A stretch of 63,676 nt of DNA, the filler included, from Octopus bimaculoides (taxonomy: Eukaryota): assembly GCF_001194135.2 (NCBI RefSeq). It is 6 parts of 6 records of this genome, joined end to end, with 100 filler letters (N's around TTAATTAATTAA, not from the genome) between each part and the next. Parts side by side here need not be neighbours in the genome. Positions count along the whole stretch, not along the records: positions 24,866 to 33,712 come from NC_069010.1; positions 33,813 to 45,510 come from NW_026326275.1; 4 more parts are not named here. One strand, written 5' to 3'. Position numbers and translations under genes: made by a program. Position 1 is the first letter of the stretch, and the number at the start of each line of letters is the position of its first letter. The notes below the pieces were generated by a model, which saw only the letters and a program-made list of their open reading frames with translations, made no database searches and was not told where the DNA came from. Below, piece after piece: positions 29,232 through 42,786 of this stretch.

Positions 29232-30015
29232 NNNNNNNNNNNNNNNNNNNNNNNNNNNNNNNNNNNNNNNNNNNNNNNNNNNNNNNNNNNNNNNNNNNNN
29301 NNNNNNNNNNNNNNNNNNNNNNNNNNNNNNNNNNNNNNNNNNNNNNNNNNNNNNNNNNNNNNNNNNNNNNNNNNNNNNNNNNNNNNNNNNNNNNNNNNNN
29401 NNNNNNNNNNNNNNNNNNNNNNNNNNNNNNNNNNNNNNNNNNNNNNNNNNNNNNNNNNNNNNNNNNNNNNNNNNNNNNNNNNNNNNNNNNNNNNNNNNNN
29501 NNNNNNNNNNNNNNNNNNNNNNNNNNNNNNNNNNNNNNNNNNNNNNNNNNNNNNNNNNNNNNNNNNNNNNNNNNNNNNNNNNNNNNNNNNNNNNNNNNNN
29601 NNNNNNNNNNNNNNNNNNNNNNNNNNNNNNNNNNNNNNNNNNNNNNNNNNNNNNNNNNNNNNNNNNNNNNNNNNNNNNNNNNNNNNNNNNNNNNNNNNNN
29701 NNNNNNNNNNNNNNNNNNNNNNNNNNNNNNNNNNNNNNNNNNNNNNNNNNNNNNNNNNNNNNNNNNNNNNNNNNNNNNNNNNNNNNNNNNNNNNNNNNNN
29801 NNNNNNNNNNNNNNNNNNNNNNNNNNNNNNNNNNNNNNNNNNNNNNNNNNNNNNNNNNNNNNNNNNNNNNNNNNNNNNNNNNNNNNNNNNNNNNNNNNNN
29901 NNNNNNNNNNNNNNNNNNNNNNNNNNNNNNNNNNNNNNNNNNNNNNNNNNNNNNNNNNNNNNNNNNNNNNNNNNNNNNNNNNNNNNNNNNNNNNNNNNNN
30001 NNNNNNNNNNNNNNN

Positions 30016-30095
30016 CCATCAGCACCACCATCATCATCACCATCACCATCACCATCATCACTACCATCATCACCATCACTACCATCAGCACCACC

Positions 30096-30171
<76 letters not shown>

Positions 30172-30300
30172 CTACCATCAGCACCACCATCATCTTCACC
30201 ACCATCATCATCTTCACTACCATCATCATCATCATCACCACCATCACCATCATCATCATCATCACCATCACCATCATCATCACTACCATCTTCATTACCG
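30016..30300. repeat. (CAT/CAC)n trinucleotide array at a gap edge
   Basis: Directly visible; source of the spurious poly-His, poly-Ile and poly-Met ORFs. Confidence 0.95.
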
Positions 30301-30512
30301 TTATTAGCAAGATTATTAATACTACTTAGATGAAATTTCTTTTGTATCTGAGATATCTGGGAGCTTTGCTGTACTCAGGAAGACCCATCCTCCACAGCAG
30401 AAGTGTTAGTGCTGCTCCTCCTGCTGATGCAGAGAGGCCTGCAGGGGCCCTGGGCCCTGTGCCAGTGTCACGTAAAGAGCACCCTTGCTGGCACCACATA
30501 AAGGGCAACCAA

Positions 30513-31043
30513 TGTTTGTTGTTGTTGGCACTCCGTCGCTTCCGATGTCAAGGGTTCCAGTTGATCCGATCAATGGAAACAGCCTGCTCGTGAAATTAAC
30601 GTGCAAGTGGCTGAGCACACCACAGACACGTGTACCCTTAACGTAGTTCTCGGGGGATATTCAGCGTGACACAGAGTGTGACAAGGCTGACCCTTTGAAT
30701 TACAGGCACAACAGAAACAGGAAGAAAGAGTGNNNNNNNNNNNNNNNNNNNNNNNNNNNNNNNNNNNNNNNNNNNNNNNNNNNNNNNNNNNNNNNAGCGT
30801 GACACAGAGTGTGACAAGGCTGACCCCTTTGAGATACAGGCACAACAGAAACAGGAAGTAAGAGTGAGAGAAAGTTGTGGGGTGAAAGAGTACAGCAGGG
30901 TTCGCCACCATCCCCTGCCGGAGCTTCGTGGAGCTTTTAGGTGTTTTCGCTCAATAAACACTCACAACGCCCGGTCTGGGAATCGAAACTGCGATCCTGT
31001 GACCACGAGTCCGCTGCCCTAACCACTGGGCCATTGCGCCTCC
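30513..31043 (-). mobile_element. SINE family B copy in a KARS1 intron (interrupted by a gap, with a segment duplicated across it)
   Basis: Same head, body and CAA tail as 49015-49405. Confidence 0.85.
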
Positions 31044-32250
31044 TAGGGGCGACCAATACACTCTGTAAAATGGTTGACATTAGGAAGGGCATCTAGTCGT
31101 AGAGGCCAAGCCAAAGCAGACTGGGGCCTGTTTGCCAGCTTGGGAAACGGAAGTTAAAGGATGATGGCTACATCTACCCTATGTTTCAATCAGTTAGATC
31201 TGTGGTAGACATCAGGTGTCTGAGTCCTGGCTGTGTGCACTCTACCAGACTGGATTAGAACTAATGTAGATACATTTTGGTGCTTTGGTGCATATTGACT
31301 GTGCCTTAAGAAGGCTTATATAATACTCTCTCTCTCACACACACACATATATATCAATCTTTGAACTTCATTGTGCATGTTCGACAGAGTGTAAGCATCT
31401 TGAGAGAAAAGTTAGGCATAAGAGGCATCAGATGTGGTGTACAAGAGAGAGGACTGCGCTGGTATGGTTATGTGATGCATAGGGACAAGGACAGCTGTGT
31501 AAAGAAGTGCTGATCTGTAGAGGGAACCTGCAGTAGAGGTAGACCCAGAAGACATGGGACGAGGTGGTGAAGCATGATCTTCAAACAGTGGGCCTTGCAG
31601 AGGCAATGACCAGTGACCAAGGCCTTTGGCGATATACTGTGCTTGAGAAAACCCATCAAGCCAAGTGAAAATCATAGTCATGGCCATGTGTTGAGCGGAA
31701 TTCTTTGGGGTTTGAATAATTCACCTCAGGAAACATGGGTGCTTCGTTCAACATCCTTAAACGACCCATATTCAGGGACCTTTTGAGCAGGATGGGCTAC
31801 TCAGCCCGAAGAAAATTCTAACTGGACCCCCACCTGCAAGGTCATGTGTTATTTACCTTGATATGAGATCGCTATGTTGTGCACATATGGTTGTGATGCA
31901 TGTGCCTGGTGTACCCCAGTGTCATGTAACTGGCACCTGTGCTGGTGGCACCTAAAGAGCACCTTCCACGCATTGGACCTTACAGAAGCAAAGTGGCTGA
32001 ACTCCTTTTGAATGTTGGGCCCCATAGAAGCAATGACCGAGACCTTTGCCATTATGTCGTGCTTGAGAAGACCCATCAAGCCAAGCAAAATCGCAGTTGT
32101 GGAAGACACCGGTGTCACATAAATGGCACCTGTTCAAGTTATCTTTCTCTCTGTATCTTATCTTTCTCACCCTCCATCATCCAAAAAACATCATCATTAT
32201 CAACAACTACAATATAATGACACACAGCAATCTGTTTCCTTCTCCTACAG

Positions 32251-32336
32251 AAAGCCGACAATTTTTTGATGATCTCTGTAAGAAGAAAAATGTGGAGTGC
32301 CCCACACCACGCACCACTGCAAGATTACTTGATAAG
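32251..32336 (+). CDS. KARS1: Lysyl-tRNA synthetase exon: (E)SRQFFDDLCKKKNVECPTPRTTARLLDK
   Basis: Acceptor tctcctacag|, donor AAG|gtaacc; phase 1 in, phase 0 out. VECP.PRTTARLLDK is conserved in metazoan LysRS. Confidence 0.96.
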
Positions 32337-32341
32337 GTAAC

Positions 32342-32385
<44 letters not shown>

Positions 32386-33119
32386 TCTCTCGTCATCTCT
32401 TAATTTCTTATTCTCTTTCTCATCTGTGTCTATCCTTCTCTTACTGTATCTCTCTCTCTCTCTTTTTCTCTACTCCAACATTTTTTTGCCCCGTGAAATT
32501 GCATAACATTGGCTCATGATCATAAGGCGAACATTTTGCCCAGCTCACCGCCTTAATAATAACGGTTTCACATTTTGGCACAAGGCTTAGCAATTCTAGG
32601 GGAGGGAGTCAGTGGATCACATTGAGCCCCAGTATTTCACTGGTACTTATTTTATTGACCTCCAAACGGATGAAAGGCAAAGTCAACCGCGGTGGAATTT
32701 GAACACTGCTAAGCATTTTGCTAACAGTTCTGCCACCTCACTGCCCTACTACTACTACTTCTACTGTGAAGGTGCATGGCTCAGTGGTTAGAGCATCGAG
32801 CTTACGATCGTGAGGTTGTGAGTTCGAATCCCGGACTGGGCTGCATGTTGTGTTCTCGAGCAAGACACTTTATTTCATCTTGCTCCAAGTTCACTCAAGC
32901 TGTAGAAATGAGTTGCGACGTCACAGGTGCCAAGCTGTATCGGCCCCTTTTGCCTNNNNNNNNNNNNNNNNNNNNNNNNNNNNNNNNNNNNNNNNNNNNN
33001 NNNNNNNNNNNNNNNNNNNNNNNNNNNNNNNNNNNNNNNNNNNNNNNNNNNNNNNNNNNNNTAATAATAATAATAATAAAAATAAAAAAATATGTTTGTT
33101 TTCGTTTTTTTTTTTGTAG

Positions 33120-33205
33120 TTGGTTGGAGAATTCCTTGAGGAAACATGCCTGAACCCCACGTTTATTATCGACCATCCAGAAATAATGAGTCCCCTAGCT
33201 AAATG
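33120..33205 (+). CDS. KARS1: Lysyl-tRNA synthetase exon: LVGEFLEETCLNPTFIIDHPEIMSPLAK(W)
   Basis: Acceptor ttttttgtag|, donor TG|gtaagt; phase 0 in, phase 2 out. LVGEFLE..C.NPTFI.DHP.IMSPLAKW is conserved in LysRS. Confidence 0.97.
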
Positions 33206-33712
33206 GTAAGTGGGCCTTTCAGAGGTCCGTCCTTTCCTTTCACCCCCCCCCCATCCCCAACTGACCCTTTAAACAATGTACTGTCTCTCATGGTTACAAT
33301 GGAGCTCCTTAATGTAGCTGAGGTTTTTTCGTGGCAACAGTGTTTAGCTACCAGGCTTGCAAGCCTGGTAGCTAATGACGTTCCCTCCATGACCATCCTG
33401 TTTTTTATTTCAGATATAATATACCTAGGACTGTGTTATCTAACATGTACTAGACATAACTCTTTCACTTGTTTGAGTCATTTGACTGCGGCCATGCTGG
33501 AGCACCGCCTTTTAGTCGAGCAAATCGACCCCCCCCCCCAGGACTTATTCTTTGGAAGCCTAGTACTTATTCTATTGGTCTCTCTTTTGCCGAACCGCTA
33601 AGTTACAGGGACGTGAACACACCACCATCGGTTGTCAAGCGATGTTGGTGGGGACAAACACAGACACACAAACATATACACACACATACATACATATATA
33701 TATATATATATA

Positions 33713-33812
33713 NNNNNNNNNNNNNNNNNNNNNNNNNNNNNNNNNNNNNNNNNNNNTTAATTAATTAANNNNNNNNNNNNNNNNNNNNNNNNNNNNNNNN
33801 NNNNNNNNNNNN
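33713..33812. other. Artificial 100-nt scaffold join
   Basis: 44 N + TTAATTAATTAA (33757-33768) + 44 N. Confidence 0.95.
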
Positions 33813-35091
33813 TATATATATATATATACATATATGTACATATATATACACATATATAAACATATACATATATAAACATATACATATATATACACAAATA
33901 CATATACACATATATCAATCGATTATATTGACCTCTAAGGGATGAAAGGCAAAGTTGATCCCAGTGGAATTTGAACTCAGAATGTAAAGAGCTAGAAGAA
34001 ATGCCACTAAGAATTTTGTCCAATGTGCTAATGATTGTTCCAGTTCACCACTTCATCATCATCATTTAACGCCCTCCTTTCATGCTGGCATGGGTGGGAC
34101 AGTTTGACAAAAGCTAGCCAGGCAGAAGCCTGCATCAGACTTCTGTAACTGCTTTGGCAGGATTTTTACAGCTGGATGCCCTTCCTAACACCAGTCACTC
34201 AGCAGAGTGGACTTAGTGCTTTTTACATGGCACAAGCGAGGTAATTTTTGGTAAGGTTTTCACAGCTGGATGCCCTTCTAAACACCAACCACTTTACAAT
34301 GTGGACTAGGTGCTTTTAAGTGGCACCTGCCCTGACAGGGTCAGCAAGCACTTGGAAGACGAAAAACTCTTTTGAGAGGGGAGGCGGCGTGAATGTATGT
34401 ATGTATACACATGTATGTATGTATACACACGTATATACGCTCACATACATATAAATGCTCTCAAACAGTTGAAGCAACTTCATAGAGGAGCTTTACATGA
34501 ACATCAAGTATACATTGCTTATGGGATGGCCAGCTGATCGATTAGCTTCAAGTGCTCATAGGTCTAGAGCAAGATTGCCTGCTAACCACCACTCTTTTCC
34601 TGGAATTTGTCATGAAAAATATCAACTTGATTGAAAAAAAAGTGGGGTATGGAAATAAATGACTCCAAGTGGAAAATCCTGTCGCTTAAAATGGAAATCC
34701 TCACACTGGAATAAGACACACCAGACTGTGAGTTACTCGGTAATAGTGAAAAAAAGGGTCGCTCTAGCAGCTACATAGAATAGAATATTACACACTCTGA
34801 AAGAAGCAAGATACCAGCCAACGTTAGGTTGTATTCAATACCCTTTCCCATGTGCAATCAACATCTCGAAAACGCAGAGCGAATGTTGTTGACATACAAT
34901 GTTTATGGGCTTTAATTTCAGATGACATACCATTCTCGAAATAATATGAGAAGATTGAAATAGTTCGCATAAGTAATATTGAATGCTACTCTGTAGACCT
35001 CTCAGAGCCATGAAGACGGGTTCACCACCTGCAAACCGGAGGGTGAGAATCCGATCGTTGGTAGTTCTGCTGGTAGGACTAAACGAAGGTC

Positions 35092-35135
<44 letters not shown>

Positions 35136-37798
35136 GTAATTAAAGAAAAAGTAATTACATACATATATCAGGAAATGTTTCAACATAATGCACAAACGTA
35201 GAGAACTTTTATAGAGAGATTCCTTCATAAAACCTAACATTTATACAAATAACATACATTTTCTTACGCGGGCAGAATTTGGGAAAACAAGAGGACTAAA
35301 TACACTCAAGTCGAATTACTCCAAAAAGCATTATATATTCTTTACCAGTAATTTGCGGTAAATAGTAAATATGTAGAGAAATTGGGAATGGGGTACAATA
35401 TACACAAAATTATTTGATAGGAAAAAAAGATTTCCCCTCACAAATTACAAATGTCCGTCCATAAAGCAGATAAAAGACAAATTTCTGCCAACCTGAATCG
35501 TGTACTATTCATTTGAAGGTATCTTTCTCCAAAAATGTAACGGAAACATCCTTCAAGAGTCAACATTCGTTACCCCCACCTCTCCACTTACAACGGTGTC
35601 TTCGACAATTTGGTCTTTCCTATCACGAGTGAGGAATTAAAGAAAACGTAACTCCTTACTAAAAATGAGTCAAAATAACAAGTGTTAGGTGGGATACACA
35701 TAAACACACGACCTACAAGCCAGTATGAACGGCGCCTAATCTATCGTAATGTTAGCTATAAATACAATTTCGGAAGTTAGTGATCCGGTATTACAGCACA
35801 AACATCCTACGCCAAAATGTAAATTGAAATAAAATATAAACAAATATTAAATGTAAACATTTGGACCCCCATCCCACTATGATACGAAGTGAAAGGGAGT
35901 GAGTCAACAAGTACTTTTTTTTTAAAGCAATTCACACTTGTGTTAATGTCATAGAAAAAGGCACCTTAAGAAAGTCGCTAATGTATGGAAACAAAGAATC
36001 ACAAGGAAGGGTTGTAGAGATTTAATATAGGAAAGACTGGTGGCGATAAATAAACGAGTAGTGTCAAAGAGCCAGCTTCAGTGAGGATGTGTGTGCTTTT
36101 AAATTCAATTGACCCGATTGAGGTAAACAATTTAAACGAACTGATTGCCCAAGCGATTGCGAGAAGAAAAGCAAAAATTGCCTTTCTGAAAATTTAAACT
36201 ATGTGAAAATCTAAGGTAATTAGTAAAATAAAATATTAAAATGTCTAGCGAGACTTTGCGTATGAGGAAAATAGAAAAGTGCATGATAATTAGTGACGTT
36301 TATACGTTTCCTTAAAGGCATTTAACGACGTAGTTGACGTTTAATGGTTGTCAACTGATATTCGAAAACGTGACTCGTGTCCATAATTTCTTGAAAGCTT
36401 ACCTTTGCATAATAATAGCAAGAAGACGACGAAAAAAAGCCAGAAATGGATGAAAATTCTAAGCTCGTATTTCAGACATATTTACCACGAAACTATTGTT
36501 TGTCCAGCCCTCCCATCCTTTCTCTACTCTACACAAGGAGTTATCGCCCTTTCATGCTGCAGTACAATATCCCATCTTATTAGTAAACATCGTTTTTATT
36601 TATATTTTTTAAGATTTTCATTACTGTTGTTATTAGTCTTTATCCAGCAATGTAATTTGATTATTATTATTTTTTAAATTGTGAGAACGGAGAGAAAAAT
36701 TAAGGGTTTATTTATTTATTCATTTTAAAGATAAATTATATACATTACTAAATATGTGTATTCGAATTTGATGATTCACCCTATCGCTACTCAGAGTTTC
36801 CTGGTTAGATGCGAACCTTCAGAACGAAAACTCCAAGAAGAGATAGGGGTGAATCATCATAAACACTACTACGTGTATTGAATTTTTTTTTCTCTCTCGT
36901 TTGCATACCAAACATTATTTATTTAAAGCAAGAGAAATAAAAACAATATCTGCTACATGAAATTCCCCCAAAACAAAACGATTTTTTTTTCGGATTGCAA
37001 ATATATAAATAAATAATAATAATAAATAAATAAATTTTTAATTTGGAAAATATTTAATATTTCTACCTGTCAAGATCGTCCACAGTTGGCAAATCAATTT
37101 ATAATGTAAATCAGTCAATTGTGGCCCAGAGGCGATGTGAGCGATTTTAAGCTTCACATGTAACACACCATTTCATATCTATGGCCTTGGTAAGAAAACA
37201 ATCCCTCAGATCACACACGAATGCTCTCGTTTGCTAACCGTTTATTGCTGCTTTGCCTTATCATAGCTACTACCATTACTATACAATGACAAGTCAATAA
37301 CAAAAATGTCTAGCTTTCCTATATTGACAATATTATGAATGGGAATTGATCAGACGACGAGCCAGGTTGACGGGGGAAATAACATTTCTAAATCGAATTT
37401 GAATCTCCAGAAAAATGGAATTCGAGAGCACGGATACATGTTTTCGCCTCTCTTACATTGTTTCTAAACAAAGAGAATAATGATAATAATAATAATAATA
37501 AACCCAGAGGAGAAAACAATAATGGCTTATGTTGTTCAATCAATTCGAAGTTTTTTTCACTGACACAGCGGATTCTTCAAGAAAAATATTAGTCATAGTA
37601 TTCTGAAATCTGTTTTGAATGTCGATCAATTTATGTAATATTCATGAAACTGGAAAAGAAAACTATTTATACACCTTGTGTGTGTGTGTGTGTGTNNNNN
37701 NNNNNNNNNNNNNNNNNNNNNNNNNNNNNNNNNNNNNNNNNNNNNNNNNNNNNNNNNNNNNNNNNNNNNNNNNNNNNNNNNNNNNNNNNNNNNNNNNN

Positions 37799-37863
<65 letters not shown>

Positions 37864-37959
37864 GTATATATATATGTATATATATATGTATGTGTGTGTG
37901 GCGAGATTATTTTCGTTTTTTCGATCAAGTATAATAAATTGTGCTGATCAATGGTTTAT

Positions 37960-38210
37960 ATATATATATAATGTATGAATATATGTTTGTAAATCTGTGT
38001 ATATATAATGTTTGTATATCTGTGTGTATATAATGTATATCTATGTGTATATATAATGTATGTATATTTGTGTGCATATATAATGTATGTGTGTGTATAT
38101 ACATATATATATAATGTATGTGTATATATATAATGTATGGTATATATATAATGTATGGTATATATATAATGTATGGTATATATATAATGTATGGTATATA
38201 TATAATGTAT

Positions 38211-38252
<42 letters not shown>

Positions 38253-38270
38253 GTATGTGTATACATATAA
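37960..38270. repeat. 16-20 bp AT-rich minisatellite (TATATATAATGTATGG/TGTG)
   Basis: Directly visible repeat units. Confidence 0.85.
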
Positions 38271-38428
38271 TCTATATGTGTGTATGTATATACACATACA
38301 TATGTATATATTATATAAATATATTTAGATATATATTATCATCATCATCATATTATATATATATATATTTATACATATACATATATATCATATATATTTA
38401 GATATATATTACATATATATATATTTAA

Positions 38429-38460
<32 letters not shown>

Positions 38461-39190
38461 TATGCATGTACACACACGAGAATAAATATCAATCAGTTTC
38501 ATTAGCAAAAAAGGTAATAAAAAAAAAACAACCCAAACCAAATGCAAGGATCGAAAACATAATAAACAACAACAGAAATCAATTATTAAGATGTACTTTT
38601 ACATACATACTTGAGGTTAAACGTTAAGGGAAATCCATGAAGGAGGAGGAACAAGCCAGTGGATAAGACATAATAATATAATAATAATAGGACACGTGTG
38701 CAGACAAGTGTAGTTGTTGAAAGAGACAACGGAGAGAAAACAAAATGTCCCTTAAAACATTGAAAAAAAAAACAAAAAAAAAAACAAAAATGCCCTATTA
38801 TATAATAACGATTAATTAATATCTCAAGAAAATAAATACCACAGCGTTTTTCGTCGTTGCAGTTTTGTTTCTGTCCTTTTGTTCATAGGAGAAATACAAG
38901 TTCCAAGTCATACGAAATAAAGAAAGTGGTGATATATCTTTAAAAAAAAAATGCGTGTATAATATATATGTATGTATGCGTGTGTGTGTGTGTGTGTATG
39001 GTGTGTGTGTGTGTGTGTATCCTTGGAAATATAATATAATTCAGATATTTTTTGGTGTCCTGTAGTAAAAACTAGGAAGAGTGCTGCTATTATTATTAAA
39101 GACGATTACACTGTCCCAATCAGATTAAAAGCTGAATAGAAAATAATACAAACATGCACACATACCATTGAATCTACCAAACTAGCAGTC

Positions 39191-39236
<46 letters not shown>

Positions 39237-39482
39237 ATGTATATATATATATATGTATGTATATATATATATAAAATGTATGTATGAAATCAGTGTATGT
39301 GTATATGAAAATAAAATAACAGCCAAACCTTATACCACGGAGAGTGAGAAACAGCTGTTTCAACAAGACTGATTTCTGGCTTTTGTTTTCCTTTTAGTTT
39401 CATTCCTCTGTACGCAGGTTTTCCCCGCTTTTGTCTCTGGTGCTTTTCGTATTCATACAAATTAAAGCGATAGACTATATAT

Positions 39483-39542
<60 letters not shown>

Positions 39543-40077
39543 TGTGTGTGTGTGTGTGGTTACAGGAAGTAGGAGAAGGAAAAAGAGAAACAGGCACCAA
39601 CAAGGGAAGAGAAAGATAGAAAAAAGATTGAGCTTCAGTGCGAGATAGAAAAAAAACGGAAAAGCTACAAGACCTGTGAAGTTTATATATATGATGTCTC
39701 CTTTCTTTTCGGGAACAATTCAACTTTTCCCTCTTAATAAAATAGAGAAAGCGACCAACTTACTATTGTTACTACAGCCGCCGATGCTGCTACTGTCGTA
39801 GTTGCCTTCAACGAAAAAGGTGGCGTGATTACTGCTGACAACAAACAGGTAGCAACAAGAATAGAACCTGCTGCTGATACCAAGTCAGTACTCTTCAGAA
39901 GCTACCGGTAATCATTATCCAGTGCAATTATTAATTAGAAAGATTTATCATCATCATCATCACCACCATTAGCTATTCATTTTTATTTTAAATTATCATT
40001 GCTATTATTTTAACAATTGAAAGTCATTATAAGATATAATTATCATTATTATTATTATCATCGTTAATAATAAAAAA

Positions 40078-40123
<46 letters not shown>

Positions 40124-42564
40124 ACAACAACAACAAAAGATCTTAAAATGTGAGTTCCCTTATTACCTGGCTCTTTATTTGTAACAATCGCACATACGTG
40201 CGCACAACACACACACACATTAAATGGTTGTAGTGTCACCGAAAATATTTACAGTTAATATTTATTGAATATAGATTGAAAAGTCGAAAATTTGTTTAGG
40301 AAAAGACAATCTGAATTTAAGAACAAGTTGTAGAGAGCTTTCTATGAACGGCAGCGAGCTTTCTTTGACTGGTGTCCAAATTCAAATCTCACTACATATG
40401 GTATCCAACTTACTAGTTTATCTCTAAAACTATTACAGCAGCAAGTTACAGATTTTTGTCAAGGTGGTTATCCATCAACACTTAATAATTCTCACATATG
40501 AAAAGTGATGTTAATATATATGTCGAAAAGATAGGAGCTAATCATACTGACTATCTCAAAGGAGGCAGTGATTTTTCAATGACAAAATTTGTATTTAAGA
40601 CACTTCAGTTAGAAAGTCAACCATCTCTCTTAATACAATGACCTTAGGATACAAATAACAAAAATATGGAATATGGAGATAGGATCTGTAGGTGTGATTT
40701 CAAGAGCTGCAGGAACAAATGAATTCAAAACTAACTGAAGAATTTCTATGCCAATCTCTTTCTATGAAAATTCCTAAAGATAAGACTTTCCAGAGAGGTC
40801 ATACAATTTTAGGATACAATAACAAAGAATAAATTAAGTTTTAAAAAAATCTTTGTTGGGATACTTGGCAACTTTCAGAATGTTTTCTTTCTGTATATTC
40901 TAGCAGATAAGAATTCTGTTTTTGTAATGTGTGGTCAAACTGCAGTCAAAAGAAAGCCTGATTGAAATGAAGCAGACATAACCAGGAATATGGTACTAGC
41001 AAACAAAAAGGCCTACTATTGGACAATGAGATGTTACTAACATTCTGGTTATTTGTTACAAGGTTATTACAAATAAATTGCCACAAGGACAATGGTCAAA
41101 TTTAAGGGAAGGCTATCATCAGTCACCATCAACATTAAGCATCCACTTTCCATGCTGGCATGGGTTGGATGGTTTGATTGAAACTGGTAAGTTGTAGAGC
41201 TGCACCAGACTCCAGTCAGATTTGGTATAGTTTCAATGGCTGGATGCCCTTCTGAATGCCAAGAGTGTAATGGGTGCTTTTTATGTGCCAGTTATGTGAC
41301 ACTGGCATTGGCCATGACTATGATTTCACTTGGTTTGACAGGTCATCTCAAGCACAGCATATCACCAAAGGTCCCAGTCACTTATCACTGCCTCCGTGAG
41401 GCCCAATGTTTGAAGAGTGCTTTTTACAAACCACCAGCATGGGTGCCAGGTATGTGACACTAGACCATATCTTTCCACACAATACAACTGGTATATGATG
41501 TAATTTATTGATGATAATTCTTATTTTATCAATCCACAAACGATGAAAGACAAATTCAACCTTGGCAGAATTTGAAATCAGAATGTAAGACGCCAGAAGA
41601 AATTCCACGAAGCATTTAGTATGATGTGCTAATGATTCTGCCAGCTTTCTTTAGCTATTATTTATTGATAAGGCAGCAAGCTGACAAAATTGTTAGCACA
41701 CTGGGCAATATACTCAGCAGTATTTCATCTGTCCTTACATTCTGAGTTCAAATTCCACCAAGGTCAACTTTGCCTTTCATTTTTTCAAGGGTCAATAAAA
41801 TAGGTACCAGTTGAGTACTGGGGGTTGATCTAAGTGACTTAGCCACTCCTTCAAAAATTGCTGGCATTGTCGCAAAATTTCAAACCATTATTTATTGATA
41901 AGAATAATAACTGAAATGCTTATAATTATAATTCTGTTCACCATTAGATTTGTCATAATATTGTAATAAAAGCATGATAATAATTTCTTTTATTTGCTGA
42001 GGATTACAGATGAGAGTGACACTGAAAGGATAAATTACAAATGCAAAAAGCAGAAAAAAAAGGGATTTTTGCAGGAAAACATGACAAAAAAAAACAAATA
42101 AAAGGCTTGAAAAACAATACCAAAAGCATGAAACAGGACATCCCAATAGAGCAGGGGTCAGGGAACTTTTTTAACCAAATGATATTTATTTATTTATGCC
42201 GATGTTACCCCCTTGATTTGGAAAGAAAAAAAAATCATAGATTCTTTGAATTCAAAAGGTTTATTGAATCTACATGTACATTACATTGGAAAGATGCAGT
42301 GATGCCAGAAGAAAAATTTCTGTCATAACAAAGAACATGTTTTTTTTATATAATTTTACTTACGTCTAATGAGTCCTCATTACCCCCAAGAAATTCATTT
42401 TTATCCCTCTTGGGATAATTTACCCCTAGCTACCATGGATATTACCTCTCCCAGATCTATCTTCTGACCTATAAGTTCAAGTTCAGAGTAGGGTTATTCA
42501 CATATGGACTATTTTCATTGATTCCACCTACATCATGGTAAATTCACTGAAGGGTTGTACCTAC

Positions 42565-42786
42565 ATCTCTATTCTCAATTTTCTCTCTAAATGGAACTGA
42601 AATAATTGAAGAGGGTCTGGCTGAAAACGAAAGTTTCTGTCATCAATCATGCCACTCTTGTCCATCATGCAATCTTTTTCATTATAGTCACTAAGCAGGA
42701 AAACTGACTGCCTCTCTTGGCCAAAGATGATAGGACATTCCTCATAACTGTGCTGATAGCTGGATCCATACCTCACCCGACAGTAT
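42565..42786 (-). CDS. Candidate internal exon of an unidentified gene: YCRVRYGSSYQHSYEECPIIFGQERQSVFLLSDYNEKDCMMDKSGMIDDRNFRFQPDPLQLFQFHLERKLRIE
   Basis: Minus-strand ctaac branch-like motif + ttttttcaaacag| acceptor and AT|gtaggt donor. 222 nt, stop-free, phase 2/2, non-repetitive. No confident homology recognised. Confidence 0.3.

Noticed and set aside
32768-32845. tRNA-like sequences (also about 29001, 30970-31043, 46407 and 49330-49403)
   Set aside because: They have A/B boxes but no complete cloverleaf or acceptor stem, and each continues into a repeat body, so they are SINE heads rather than tRNA genes.
34835-35164. Minus ORF containing FAGGEPVF, reminiscent of the radical-SAM/viperin GGEP motif
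   Set aside because: No CxxxCxxC motif, the upstream sequence is a (CT)n microsatellite, and there are no supporting splice sites; likely chance.
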